DNA of 63,739 bases, counting the filler, from Platydemus manokwari (Eukaryota), in NCBI GenBank assembly GCA_037951405.1. It is 5 parts of 5 records of this genome, joined end to end, with 100 filler letters (N's around TTAATTAATTAA, not from the genome) between each part and the next. Parts side by side here need not be neighbours in the genome. Positions count along the whole stretch, not along the records: positions 31,788 to 42,279 come from JBBMOY011129552.1; positions 42,380 to 63,739 come from JBBMOY011355870.1; 3 more parts are not named here. One strand, 5' to 3'. The translations under genes and the position numbers were made by a program. This document shows positions 35,642 through 50,150 of the stretch, piece after piece. The stretch's first letter is position 1, and the number at the start of each line of letters is the position of its first letter. The notes below the pieces were generated by a model. It saw only the letters and a program-made list of their open reading frames with translations, was not told where the DNA came from and searched no databases.

Positions 35642-35921
35642 GACTCTTTTTTCTACTTCTATTTCCTTTTCCATGTCTGATACCACTTTTTGTGGATATT
35701 TATGATTATTAGGTCGTTATGTATTCCTTGGTCTTTGAACTGCTCGTAAACCAAGTCACTTTAACAGGTGGTTAGCGATATAAAAACAGTAATAAAATGT
35801 GGGGAAGGATAGTTAAAGATAAAACATTTCAGTTTTTCAATCTAAAAATTTCGAAGTAAGAAAAATGAAAATTTTAAAAATTTGATTTTTAATGTTAATG
35901 AATTTTCGGTTGACTAATAAC
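35642..35921 (-). repeat. Dispersed repeat copy A (inverted relative to 39056-39292)
   Basis: Its reverse complement shares GTTATTAGTC.ACC, ATCCTTC.CCACA.TTTATTAC, AACCACCTGTTAAAGTGAC and TTTACGAGCAGTTCAAAGACCAAGGAATA with copy B, in the same order. Confidence 0.85.
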
Positions 35922-38900
35922 CCGCTTGTAACTTTATATAAATTAAGTTTAATTTAATAATTTAAGTTTAACACAAATTTAAGTTTAACTTAATGAAAAT
36001 TGTATCACAACAATCGATCCAGAATTATTTTCTTACCGATAGTTACAGTTAGGTATAATAGAAACACGGATTGAAATCGACAAACAACAAGTATCAACTA
36101 ATAAATAGCACAAATGATTTTAGGAAAAGACATTCCACTTCAATAAATTAATTTCAATATTTCTGCGAAAAGGACAAAAAGAAATTGAACTTTGAAAATT
36201 TGAAATGTTAACATAATTTTAGTTTATAAATTTAATTTTATATAATATTAATGATAGCCAAGTTAAATTATGTTATGTTATGAAAAATAAAAAGTCTAAC
36301 TAGTAATTTCTTTGGCTAAGGCAGCAATTTTTTTCTTTTAATCATTGCAATTAATTTTCTTCGTCAATTTTCGGTTAACACAAACAATTGCTCGGCTTTA
36401 AAGTTCAAATTTATCACCTCAATCATCGTAACAAGGTTTATTTAAGAGTTTTTTTTAATTTAATATTTATTTAAAAGAATTTAAAGGAATAATATAGTTT
36501 TAAAAATTTTCTTTGATATCTATCAACATTTCGAGAATTAGAAAGATTAACAGAACTGATTTGATAGTTTAAAATCGATCAGGGAAATTTATTGAATATG
36601 CAAGGTGAAATATTGTAGCAACTCAAAATAAAATTTTATACCTCATCTAAATTTTTAATCTATACGAATAAAAATAAGCACATGATGAAATGATATGAAA
36701 ATTCCCATTGTTGCAATAACTATCAGTTAATATAATTTTTTGATTTCGAAATTAGTTTATGTTTAAGCTATTATCAACTTGACATTGTGATTTGATTTGG
36801 ATAATTATTTTCTAAGTTAATAAAATAAAATATGTTCGGTTATCCTGTGAAAAATGTACAAGTTAAAATAATGAGTACATTGCCTAGTTTTTATATAAAA
36901 CAACAATAACCATTGATTGGAAAATAATAAATTGTTTTCAATGATAAATAAAAAGAAACTTCAAATGACAAAATGAAAAAGGTTTTCGTGATTAAACGAA
37001 GACTTTGCAAAATAATTAAAGTGTTAAATTGCGAGATTAGAAAATAAAAGAGAATAAAACTAAAATGCTATGCGATATCCAGCAGGAATAAGATAAAGGA
37101 ATAAAGGGGAAATATTTTCCGAAAAAATCAAAGGACACGTTGAAGGACAGCTCAACACAGAATTAACAAATATCACTCACTCAAAGGTCAATGATTATAT
37201 AATCGATCAATAAATATTTCCTATTCTAAATCTACGACTTTGAACAGCATTCTGTTAGTTCAGTTCAATCCACAATCCCAACAGCTAAACACAGAAATAT
37301 TCAAACAATATAATATTGATAACATAAAAATTTGATTGGTTTGATCTTGAAGCATTTCATTTTAATTTATTTTAATAGCTATAATACGAATGAATCTCAA
37401 TAGTTCTGTTAGCATATTAGATTATTGAAGTCCCATAAGAACCATAAATATAAGTTTAATATTTCCGGACCAACTCATAGATACATAATTGTGACGATAC
37501 ATATAAATATTGTATTTCGGGTCTAGATCAATTTTTATTATTACTACAATTATTGCTTTCCTTGGCACCAATGTGTAAGACTCATCGGTACTCCGGATTT
37601 CTAATAATTCGCAAGTCACAAATGACCAAATATTATGATGTTCTTTTGACTCGATCAACTATATCCACGTAAGGAGAACGGATGAGAGGCCCTAGAGTCT
37701 AGACACTACTTTTATAATAATGAAAATTATTTATCAAACTTTTAACTCCCAATTGTCTCGACTTTACCCGACCAATTGAAATGATTCTGAAGATGAATTT
37801 ATTTACCGAAATGATGTAAAACTCTATGGCACTTGCCAATTGCAATATTAAAACAGTAATTAGGTTTCGAATACACTTTTATTATTATAACAATGATTCG
37901 AAGAAAAGACTGGCTTGATAGCACTTGAGATTAGCTATCTTGAATTTAAAAATTTTGTGATGGTTTTCAAATAAAGATTAAGGTTACACAATGTTTTATA
38001 CCTATTTTTTATACCTATGTTTTATATCAATAATTTCCAAGTTTATAGTGGCGGATTAGTTTTATTACAATAGGATTTATTGTATATATTTTGGGGTGAT
38101 TGTATTTAATTTTTTAATTTGATTATGAAATTATTATTTAATATTTTCCTTTTAAAATTTTTACAATAAACTTTCCAGAAGATTTATAATCGGAAATACA
38201 AAATGGTTTTATACATTAAAGGAAAGATTAGATCATGTAAATACTAGGATTGTTAAATAATCAATGCAATTTTACCGAAACCTCAAGATAATGAGTTATC
38301 AAATTAAACAATTTTAGTTCAACTAAGTTAAGAGATCATTATCTCGAGTTAAGAATCGGGTAGCCATTTTCTACAAGCGCTACTGTCAGTATTAAAATAA
38401 GTCTTAATCTCCAATACTTGTTGCTAGAACATCATGATACCACATTTAGATTAATATTTTAAGAAACATTTATACCATTATTTTAATTGCCATTATATTA
38501 GTGCAGTTTTATACTAATAATATAATAAACAGCTGACCAATGATCGTTACAGTAGTCAAATATGAATTTTATATTACTAATAAATTCAAAAATCGTACTT
38601 CGATTATGATTTGTAGTAATTCTTGATATAAAGTCTTGTGTGCATTAAAAACAAATCAACTGGTAAATGTGACTCAATTCCCTGTATTAATCAATCTTTT
38701 AGAAAGCTGAAATTAATTTTTGATTAAACATCAGGATCTTCACGATACGATGACACAAGTTCTCAGATTTGCCTATGGCTGTATACAATCAATTTCATTA
38801 TATCAATACAATATACATTTGGATTTTCCTCTATTAAAATTCGTATAGTTTGCATTGTTAGTTATGATATTCAGTGTCGATAATTGATAGTTAAATTTAT

Positions 38901-39055
38901 ATAAATCAATCGAAACCGATTTCCACAGTTGCATTTTATTGATTGAAGTCAAGTTTCGATAAATAATATTCTGTGATACAGTTTTCATAAACGCTCAAAT
39001 AAAATGAGAGATTATAACTGAATCAAAACATTTTTTATTAAGTTCACACTATAAC

Positions 39056-39292
39056 GTTATTAGTCGACCAAAAACTCATCAACAATAATATCAAAGAAAT
39101 TTTTTGATTGAAAATCAGGAATTTTTTTATCATTATAAATCCTTCTCCACACTTTATTACGGTTCGCATATTGAAAACCACCTGTTAAAGTGACCTTTGA
39201 TTTACGAGCAGTTCAAAGACCAAGGAATATATATCGACCTAATATTCACAAAAAGAACTGAAAAAATATCAAAAATTAGAAAAAATAAAGTC
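39056..39292 (+). repeat. Dispersed repeat copy B (inverted relative to 35642-35921)
   Basis: See copy A; the 29-nt core TTTACGAGCAGTTCAAAGACCAAGGAATA is identical. Confidence 0.85.
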
Positions 39293-39617
39293 TCAACACA
39301 TAAAAATGTATTTATAATAATATATATATTTATTTCATAGAAAATACTCTTGAAGAGATAAAAACCGAACTAATCTCGAGCCATTCATATCGACAATAAA
39401 ATTCTCAAGTAACTTTATACAAAACTCGAATCTACTAATACGAACTTAGCAGTTGAAAGAAAAACGATATCGAAGATCAAGATTGGAATCGGTTTGTGAT
39501 ATTGCTTGGAAATTTTAGTCTCGCACTGTTTGAGTTAAAGGAGTTGATGATTTTTCATAACTGAAATGTTCAAGTAATGATTTACAAATATGTTAAAAAA
39601 AATCGATAATGTTTTCA

Positions 39618-41821
39618 TTACCCGAAATATGATTTGACTGGAGAGGCTATCGGAGTAACAGCGATTTCTGATTCAAATGCATCGTTATCATTGTGCCTCA
39701 TATATCCATTAACAATTACACTTTCCGACATTCGATGTCGAGATGGTGTCCTTGCACCATAGCCAGAATAATTAGAATCACTTTCTGAAAGACCCCTGTG
39801 AGCAGCAGAAGTTAGTTTATTTTCGATAGCCTAAAACGTAGGAAAATGTTAGATCAATGAAATAACAATTTTATAAATTATAAATAATACTGCTCGTACA
39901 TGTATAATAATGAATATACAGTTAATAACTCAATCTTATATTATATCAGAACAAAAAAATGTTTATAAAAATGGGAAATATGGCAGTCATGTGATCTTGA
40001 ATTACGACTTGAATAACAATCACATTAATTAAGTATGTGTTATTAATAAGATGTAATAGCTATTCGATTTTTCATTGATCCACTTATAACCAATAGGCTG
40101 TTTACACACACACCACACACACTATTCTTTTGTGAAAATAACGATTAATTGAATTTGTTTCACAATTATTCATAAATCATTGGAGTTTCGTCACATATAT
40201 CATTTATCAATATCCTTTTCAACAATGGAAAAAGGAAATCATTATTGTTAAAGGAATTATAATAACAAATAAAATTTTCAATCATATAGAATGAGGAAAA
40301 TTAAATCGATAAAAATATCTATATCGAAACATTGAATGTAGTAAAAGAAATTCTCGTTAAAATATTTCATAAACAAATTCAAGTGTTCACTATTTAATAC
40401 AAGTCGAATGACATTTTATAAATCAATATATTCATTATTTATACTGTTTACAGCATTTTTTGGTTCAAAGTGAAGCAGATTATGAAATGTATGGCGTTTT
40501 ATGAAAAATGTCGATCAAATAATTGTATAAAAGAAATACAGATGATAGGTTATTTCGAAATTTCCCACAACAATTCCTAACTGAATAAATTCCAAACAAA
40601 TTCAAATTTAAATATTGATTAAATTATATATCATTTATACTCTAAAAAAACGACCCGATTTATCAAATTTGTGATGAAACACTTGTCCTATAAAATGAAT
40701 AATCATGGAAAATCTAAATAATACTAATAATTCCAATTCATGAAATATGAAGCACATCACTAAATTAAATATAGTAATTTACTCATCACAAATTATTAAT
40801 AGATTTGATTCGAATAATGAATTATGTCTTATTTCGTCAACTAGCCTATTTGAAATAGATGTCATATTCAATATTATTCACATTGTCGTAACTTGTCGTC
40901 AAGGTGAAATTTCCATTTTTAGATAAATAATCAATAAAATAGTACAGTATGATTGTTAACTGTTGAACTAGTTATTTTATAAATTTGCTCGATATGAATC
41001 ATTCGAAAATCATATTCAATCCCAATCAGTATACAAATTTAAAAAAATCAAAAGCACTGAAAATAGAAATTGGCTTCAGTTTTTGATATTTTCCAAAAAT
41101 CAAAGGCAATATTTAGCAATACATTTGTAAACTTGAAAAAAAGAAAATTCAAAAAATTCTTAATTGGTTCTCTTTGATTATAAAAGAGATTGAATAATTA
41201 TCAACGAAATTCATTAAATGAATATCCGAAATCGTTTAATCACCGATTTTCATTTCGTCGTTTAAGTTAGAAAAGTTATCCTGTATCACCATCTGATAAT
41301 AATCAATAAATATTATTCTAATTATAAATAATATGATTAACAGACAAGATCTGAACACGGTAAGATATGGCTGAAAAATCTGTCACGGATTAATGCCACG
41401 ATTGAAATCTGTGTGATAAAATGAATGGAAAATTATAATTTGTATAAAAATTGTTGCTAAATTAATCAATAAAGGCGATGATATGCACATAGACAACAAA
41501 ATATAATAATTATTTCAATTTTATATGACAATATCAGAAATAGCTACAAAAATCGACTTACCCCAACTTTTCTCAACATATCACTAACAAGATTCAGTGC
41601 TGAAATACGAGCTGCTGGTGTAAGAGAATTGTAAGGAGGATTATTGGTAAAATGATTAGGCCTTGTCGATGAATTCAGTTGGCCAGATGACGATCGATAA
41701 CAGAGGTAGTTCGAGTTTGGTTCGGTGAATCCATTCGATACATTGATGGCATCAGGCGGGATGGTAATATCTGTTTGGCAAACAACAGTAGCCTTGTGGC
41801 ACATTAGTGAATCATCACGTT
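39618..41821 (-). CDS. NDEL1: NudE/NDE1/NDEL1 dynein regulator, 3' coding exons
   Basis: Exon 41821-41562 ends ...NSLTPAARISALNLVSDMLRKVG|GTAAGT and joins in phase 0 to exon 39830-39618 (AIENKLTSAA...SPVKSYFG*). This matches the NUDE_C signature [27 protein letters not shown]. The NDE1/NDEL1 paralog distinction cannot be made here. Confidence 0.9.
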
Positions 41822-42279
41822 CTATAATAATAGAAAATAGTAGAAAAAATACCAATTATATTGATTAATTGAACTGATCATAAAACAATAGAATATAATT
41901 GGTCTCATTGTTGAACACATATAAAATATCATTCATTGAGCAGATCTTGTTGAAATAAACAGTATATTTCTCAAAACAATTATTATTAATCGGATAAATT
42001 AATTTGATAATCATTATGAACCAATGAAAATGATAATGTTATTGGTCCAAAAAAAATTACGCAAATTTACCATCAATGGATTATGTTAATTAATGTTATA
42101 GTTTTCATTAATTGCATGATCGGATTATCTATTTTGGAAGTACTTTTAGTACAAACTTAACATTTACTCTCTAATCCGAAATTGATGATATTTAATAGGG
42201 ATGTAAGCAGTATTGATCGAATTAATAGACATCGAAACCCGAGAACATATAATTATATAATTTTACTTTAAAATACATT

Positions 42280-42379
42280 NNNNNNNNNNNNNNNNNNNNN
42301 NNNNNNNNNNNNNNNNNNNNNNNTTAATTAATTAANNNNNNNNNNNNNNNNNNNNNNNNNNNNNNNNNNNNNNNNNNNN
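42280..42379. other. Artificial contig spacer
   Basis: 44 N + TTAATTAATTAA + 44 N. Confidence 0.98.
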
Positions 42380-45300
42380 ATTTTATCATTTAATTAATTA
42401 TATTTATATGATATATATTATAGCAAAATTTCATATAAAACGGGTAGTTATTTCGGTGGTTATCGGGTGTGTCAAAAATTATGATGACCAGTATAAAATA
42501 ATGTTTAAATATATATGGTAATACAATAAAATATGATGAATAAAACAAAATAGAACCAAGTAAATTATATTGACAATCACAGAATAATAACATAATAAAT
42601 TTAAAATACTAAAGACGATTATCACTATTGTGTGTGTAAAGAGTGCGAGTCAAGAAAAAAGTATAGGACGTAGTGCTTAAGTGCTCGGGTAAGCATCTCG
42701 TGAGAAAAACTGAAGTTGGAGCACTTTTAAACAGAACCTATATGATTTTAGTAAACCTCAAGGCTTAAACTAGCCGTGTGTCGGCAATTAATTAAATATT
42801 GAAAAATTTGACTTGTAGGATGCATAATAAAATAAAAATTATCAAAATCTGGAGATCCAAATGGTCATACAATTATATAGTGGCTTCTGAATTGAGCTTC
42901 GTCAAAATTTTCATACAATTTATAACTGTGGTTCATCGAATTGCGAGGTGCTGTCATGCATCTTGTTGCTATTTATGTTAACATTCTATGTTGCTAATTT
43001 TAGCATATGTACATCATAGGTTTTAGTCCTAGTGTCTATTTATAGCAAATATTTTTGTTATTTATGTTTTCCGTTTATCGAAAGTTTTTTTTTAAATTTC
43101 GAGGTGGATGTTCCTAATGACCTTAATGTCGATTAGTTTTGATGCAGTAAAACAAATTTAAAAATTTTATGAATATTTTTGTAATTTCTGGCATTATTAT
43201 TTTCTTAATTTGCCACTTAATTTGAAATAAATTTTATATTAATTTGTTTATTTTTTGGTTATTTTGGTTGGGTCAAAATGGCCGGTTAGTTCCCCACAAT
43301 GTTATTTATCATTCATTCACAACATATACATGATTATGTTGCACAACATTACATCGATAGTTATATATAAATATGTTTAATATTGGCTAAAAATATCAAA
43401 ATAATGACAGACATTTGAATGACTTTCCCCAAAACCAGTTCTTAAAATTGAAATTTATATAAAAATATTTTGTAAAAATAAAATTAAAATTGATTTAAAT
43501 ATAATTTGGTGTCTTGTCTTTTCAGTTAGTTTTCAAAGCTTTTTAAATAAATTAGTAACAGCCCATATGGCAACCACGATTGATAATTTATAATATACAA
43601 TTTCATGGAAACGTAGCCGTCCATATCAGTAGAACATTTATTGTTTGACCTGGTAAATGTTTCCTTAAAGGCTCTTGTTGTCAACTATGTTAAATAATTC
43701 TACAATTTTTGCAATTTCCTGCTACTGAACTAACGATTTTAATTTATGAAAAATAACCAAATATCTGGAGAAACTTCCAATAAATATTATCTAAACTATA
43801 CATTTCATTTATATTTATTTAAACTTAAATAAATATAAGTTAATGTAGATTTGTATTTTTTTGTTAATTTCGATAAAATTCCGTCACAATGCTTCTATTC
43901 ATATTTGTTTATAATATACTGCATTTAAATATTATTCGACTTCCAAATATATGACTAAATATAGAAACTAAGAGTCGACAAACTTAGCAGAATTTAGAGA
44001 CTTGTATTTTGAGCTTTTAATATTATTTCCTGTCAGTTGTTTCCATTTCAATATTTGTCCATTGTTTCTCTAGATAAATTCTAGTTTATCAGTATATTTT
44101 AATGTAGTTTTCCTTTGTTTTTCTTATCAGTGATCTTCACAAGAACGTGCCTAAACCTTAAATAAATACGTTTTTACTAGCTAGGCATACATTTGATAAA
44201 TGCCCGTACTAAATACAACTGTTGTTGCCGTCAATTTTCTTTAGGTTGTTTTTGAAAATCTTTCGCATGTACCTTTGTCTCGGAATTTTCCGTTTTTCCA
44301 GGCGCAATTTTCCGTGAGAGGTTTACTTTAAATTAACACAAAGCAAAGATTAGCAGAACAAATTTGCAGAATAAATGAAATGAGAATTTGTTTTTGTAGG
44401 AAATTTTTTTTTAAATTAATTAAAGATAAAAATCTTAAGAAAGTTCTTTGTGCGAATTTCTTTCCCCATTTATAGGTTTTTTCCCCGACTTCCTTCAAAT
44501 TTGATTTGTTTTGTTGTGATTCAACATTTCTTTTATTTTTTTTTATCTTACTTTAGTTCCATTCAAATAAGAATTAGTTTAATGGGAGGTAATCATCTTA
44601 TGGTACAGTTAAAAAAGTGTACTAACAAATTTTTGTTTTAATTATTAAAAATTTGAATACATTTATTGTGTTTCTTATAATGGGAAATGTGAGATATTGT
44701 AAATGAATTAAATTTTTAATTCAAATTTAATTCTAATTTTATATAAAATCCAAACCTGATACTTCTGAACTACTGAATGAAAATATTGAATTCCATAAAA
44801 ACTCCGCCATTATAACCTTGACGCAATAATGACCTTAAAATTAAAGATAATTAAAACAAATCTGAGGTTCAGCATTCTGTGCCTTAGTTTGAAAATTTTA
44901 TTTGTTTCGGATTCATAAATGTCAAAAAAATTTAATTTAATTTTAAAAATTATGAATTACTGTTGGATTGTTTAAATTTCATTAAATATATTTCATGCTC
45001 ATAAAGATCCTAGAAAAATAAGTTCAACCAAAGACCAAGCTTTTAAAATATGAAATAAAAAATCCTAATTGTCAACCGGTTACAGTTGACGTGATTTTGG
45101 TTAAAACGACGGATGTTAGCCGGGTATGTCTGACATGAACATTTGCCATTGTACCAGTCATACACACTGCTGACGTTTCGAATAAGTGTGTTGCTGTTGG
45201 AGTGAGGATTGTGATTTTAACCTGGTCCGATTGTATGGCAGAATCAATCTTCATAAATTATATGAAATAACATTAAGATCGTTAAATAATTTCTTTTACT

Positions 45301-45538
45301 TTTCTTCGTTTCATAAAAATCGGCAATTAATGCGACATTGAATGTGATTTATGTATGTCATTACGTTCGAATTTTCATTAATTGATTTGAATTATGAAGA
45401 CGGCAATAATTTGAATGGTGTATAACCATTTGTTTTACTTAATGATTAGTTTTATTTACAAACAAACAAAAATATTATCGATTATAATTAATAAATATAA
45501 TTGTTGAGTTTGTAAATAAATTGCTATTTGATTTACAG

Positions 45539-46033
45539 ATTGCCAGTGGAATGGCTTATTTAGAAAAGATGCATTACATTCATCGAGATTTGGCAGCCAG
45601 AAATATATTAGTAGGCGATAACAATATGTGCAAAATCGCAGATTTTGGTCTAGCTAGAATGATGCAAGATAATAATGAAACTTATGAAGCCAAGCAAGGT
45701 GCCAAATTCCCTATCAAATGGACTGCACCGGAAGCAGCTATGATTGGTCATTTTACGATAAAATCAGATGTCTGGTCATTTGGGATAGTGTTGTATGAAA
45801 TAATCACATACGGCGGTGTGCCGTATCCAACAATGAATAACACCGAAACTCTTCGTCAGGTGGATGCTGGTTATAGGATGTCATGCCCCAGGAAATGTCC
45901 TTTGACAATCTACACTATTATGCTACAAGCTTGGGATCCCAAGCCTGATAATAGGCCTACTTTTGAATATCTATGTGAATTTTTTGAAGATTTCTTTGTC
46001 AGAACCGAAACAAACTATAAGAAAACCGACTGA
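45539..46033 (+). CDS. FRK: Src42A/FRK-like non-receptor tyrosine kinase, last coding exon
   Basis: Acceptor TTTACAG| at 45538, then [77 protein letters not shown] (rather than HRDLRAAN) plus a C-terminal regulatory Tyr fits the Src42A/FRK group; exact orthology is uncertain. Confidence 0.85.
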   Translation: MASGMAYLEKMHYIHRDLAARNILVGDNNMCKIADFGLARMMQDNNETYEAKQGAKFPIKWTAPEAAMIGHFTIKSDVWSFGIVLYEIITYGGVPYPTMNNTETLRQVDAGYRMSCPRKCPLTIYTIMLQAWDPKPDNRPTFEYLCEFFEDFFVRTETNYKKTD

Positions 46034-48589
46034 GTTGAAAATATACCAGATTTATGTCAGGTAATTTTGATAGATTACTGTCGTAAGATTTTATTTTTGT
46101 CGTTTTGGTTTCAGAAAAATGCTCCTACAATCTGCATTTCTGGAGATGCATTTAGAGTTGGACTTATTATTTTTTTTATAAATCCCAACGAATAATATTA
46201 TCAAAATATATATTTTATTACTTGTTGTTTTTTTTCTATATTGTGACAAGTAATTTTATTGAGTGGTTTTTTTTATTATCAGTATGAATGATATGATGGA
46301 ATGATGACAGAGTTGATAGCAAAATCTCAATGTGGAGATTTAAACAAAAAATTCAAATTATTGGAAAATGTTGAGAATCAATGGATATTGAATTTTTTCT
46401 GTAACTGACATTGATTTGTTAGTCTTTTATGTAACGAGATAATGTTATTTTCCAATGCAATCTAAGCACATATATCAGGCTATTAAAATGTGGTGTCACT
46501 CGTGGAATTTGTAAAGCTGTCTATTAAAACAAACAACTCAATTCTTCAAATTGATGGCCATGTCGATCGGATTTTCTATCGAAATGTTATTTGCAATTAT
46601 CAAAATCCAAAATAACATTTTAATGTTTGACGTGTAATTTTTAACATCAAAGAGAAGTATGATTTTGTCTTTAGGAAAAAATATTAACGAAATCAAAATT
46701 TTTATTTCCTGATATTATCGATGGAAATTATTTTATGAGCTCACAAACAGGCGTGTTTACAATTGTGTGGAATGATTATCATTGATAATATTTAATGAAT
46801 AATACGTACAATTAGCATAATATACGATTCATAGAAATTAAGAGACAAGATTCTAGAACACCATTAGAACACCCATTGAAAACAAAACAATTACTTCACT
46901 ATAATATTAACTCTTCGTTCAATAGTTATCAAAGGAGAACTGACGAATCGTGTAGTGTTTATTTAACTTTTGTTTCATCTATATCAAATATATTATAGGT
47001 TGTTTTCTTTAATATTACAAAGAAATAAAATAGTTTGTTTAAGGTTTCACAGTAAATTGATGTCTAGAACAGCTAGGAAAAATTGATATCTATGATACAA
47101 TCGAAAAATTTTGGATTACATAATATGATAATCTATTCTAATAATCTAATAAAATATTAACACTTTTCTCGTTTTCTTTTACACGTTGCGTTTCAAACTA
47201 TTTTAGAAGCAATTACTTTGCATTTCTTTTTTGAGTGGTGTCGGAATTTTTGGTTTATCAGGTTTCCAAGAAATTCTCTAAATTATGTCATAGACGGGGC
47301 AATTTCTATTCTAGACTACAGTAGTTTGTATTTAAAGAATTGTTCAATGAGGACCACGGTGTGAGTTTTTTTAATAATTAGATTAAAATGAGTGAATATT
47401 ATTACTTTCTCATGCCGATGATTGCTTATCGAGTTGGTTAAGTGTTATTTAAGTAATATTGTACCTTAGTCTTATTATAAACCTTTTAAAAGTTATTAAA
47501 ATGTTTATTGTGCTTGGTCTTGGATCGTTAAATTGTTTTCAGTATTGTTTGTAAAATAAAAGACTTGTATAAATACATTTATTGTATTGTTTTTAAATCA
47601 AGATTGTTTTTAATCTCTTTTAAGTTACTAAATTTCTAAGTTACTAATTGGCTATCAAAAAATGTATGGGATTTCAGATAGACATTAAAATAGAGAATTT
47701 CAACATAAATTTTAATATTGGAAGACATTTTAATATGCAGAGGAGATATTGAAAGTTAATGTGATTCTTCAATAATATCGGAAAAAGAAAATTCTTCCAC
47801 ATTTCATAATATATATCTTTTAGTTTTATGTGAACACATCGATTGTCTGATTCAAAATGGAAGAAGGCACAGAATGCTTAGCTAACTCATTAAATTGACG
47901 AAAATCTCGAAAATTCTTAACTACTACGCTTAACTATTATTGATAGATTTTTATTTTAAACACAGGACGAATTTTGACATTGCATTTTTATAGAAATGTT
48001 ATACAATTTATTTACATTCATATCAAAGCACTATATTATAAATGGATGAAACAGCACGTTGTTTTGTTTCGTTTAATACTAAATCGTTTTATTTAATCAT
48101 TTTGGTTCGTACTTTGACCTGAACACCTTATTATTACTTTGCCTAGCATTATGAATAGTATTCTATATCGGTCTTAATCATTCGAAATTTCATATTTGAA
48201 ACAATTAAAATGTTCTCTTTCAACTCTTAAGTTCTTTAAATTAAAAAATATATATTAATTTCAGATATTTGCTAACTCTTCGTATTTATCAAATTGTTTT
48301 TACAATTTCGAAAGTTTTGATGAACATTTCAAGCTTGTGTTCTAAATTTATCAGGTTAAATGTAATTTCCAATAAGCTTATCAAACGAATTTTCGAATTA
48401 ACTTCATGGATATTTAAATTTTACAACTCAAATTAGACATACATCATCTTGCTAATTTCTATTTTTTTAATTAATTAAATGCAATCACAAAATTATAAAA
48501 TTAGCTGCCATTTCAAATTCCATTCCAGTTTTAATTTTAATGTTAAATGTGTTTCTGTTAATCACATTAATTATGTTTATAATCAACTG

Positions 48590-49090
48590 ATAATTTCAGT
48601 TTATGGGTAACGAAGTTTATTATTTATCGTTTCGAATGGAACTGTAATTCACATGCACGAAACACTTATCATTTTTGTAAATCTTTTCGATATAATATGG
48701 GCTTATATTTTATTACAAACACGTGTTATGTTGTTAGTTATTTTAAGAATTATGCTTTATAATAGAATCCACAAGTTCCAATGTTTGTACGACGTTTTAG
48801 TTGGACAAATATTATTTACCTTTTGGTATCAACGATAAGGTAAAGCTTACTACTCGATATTTTTCTTCGTAATTGAAACTATGAATATATGTCCAAGAAT
48901 AACGCCCAAATTTAATTCAATACTTTTGTTGACGAGTATAACAATTAAGTACTTTTTACTGACAAAAAATATCCTCTCGCAGGACACCAGATTTCAGCAA
49001 AGAACAGTCAGTGGCTCATCGATAACAGATTCCAAAATATTTTTATTAATTTTATATGATATAGATTTTAAAACTACTTCTACGGTCTGA
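48590..49090 (-). mobile_element. Possible Merlin/ISXO2-like transposase relic
   Basis: Broken minus-strand frames give KR..QTL...VNYS...NFV.P.TE, resembling RDAxTL...VNHS..FVDP.TG. Heavily degraded. Confidence 0.3.
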
Positions 49091-49539
49091 TGATTTTAAT
49101 ATCTCAGACATTACACAACTAATTACTCTATTTATAACTTAATATCATACCCTTTTCATAATGGCAAATGTCCCCATTGTTTTACAGTTAACAAGTTTCA
49201 ATTACCCCTAGATGATGTGATCTCGATGATCTTTACAACTTAAAAACAATTATTACTCTCAAGAATATTCGTATTCTCGTTATTATTCTCCTTCTCTTCG
49301 ACTTCGATTGAATATTCTCACTATTTTTATGATTAAATGCATGTGAATTATTTTATTTTATTGGTTTTTTATTTATTAGATAAGAATGGCTTATTTTAAT
49401 TGGGTTTATTCTTTCATTTTGCTTGTCTTGACTTCTATATATTGATTCTTATATTGTTGAATTCTCTAAATTTTAATTTTTTTTCAGTTCGTTTTTTCAA
49501 TTATGCAAGTTAGACTGTATAATATATTTTCTAGTTAAG

Positions 49540-50150
49540 AATTTTACAACAACTGATGTTACTGAAAACTGTTGTGGAATTGAAAAAATAATATATCATG
49601 TTCGTCATTCATGTTCTTCCAAATCCATTTGTTCCAAAGAATATAAATAGTCATTCGACGAACCTCACGTGAAAAAATTTCAAAGTGTAAAATCAGGACT
49701 TTTGCTAAGTTACTTGACCAAGACAATCCATTTATATGCTAGGAAAATGTTTCTACAGCTATTCAAGATCGATTAAAGTAAAATGCATCTATGCATTTTG
49801 TTGAGCATAGTGAAATATCTTTCAGCATTTATATTGTTGAGCAGGATGAAAGGACGTATACTTTTATGTATAATCATTATATCCCAAGAGGTTATCTTGC
49901 AATGATTTTCTATTTTCTGTGACAGTGCGATGATCGAGTTCAGTCTTCTTCGATAATCTTCTACCATCTTTGAGGTTAAATAACTTATCCTCTATTTTCG
50001 TAATGTGCTTCTAGTTGGGGATAATCCTTTAGATTTAGTCTTCCAATCATCTTTAAAGACCAATAAAACAATCGATATGAAAAGAAGAACAATATTAGAG
50101 ACTTAATTCCCCTATATCAAGTTGTGTGCACTAAGAAGTTGTGAAAATAA
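49540..50150 (-). mobile_element. Degraded mariner-like (DUF4817-associated type) transposase catalytic region
   Basis: Minus strand reads SIRPFILLNNINAERYFTML...AKSPDFTL*NFFT*GSSNDYLYS..MDLEEH, equivalent to IGPFF....NAERYL.ML...RSPDLTPLDFFLWGYLKDxVY....LEEL. Confidence 0.65.

Noticed and set aside
45160-45185. CGAAACGTC (minus strand) resembling a Penelope hammerhead ribozyme core
   Set aside because: No upstream CUGANGA box or supporting stems found.
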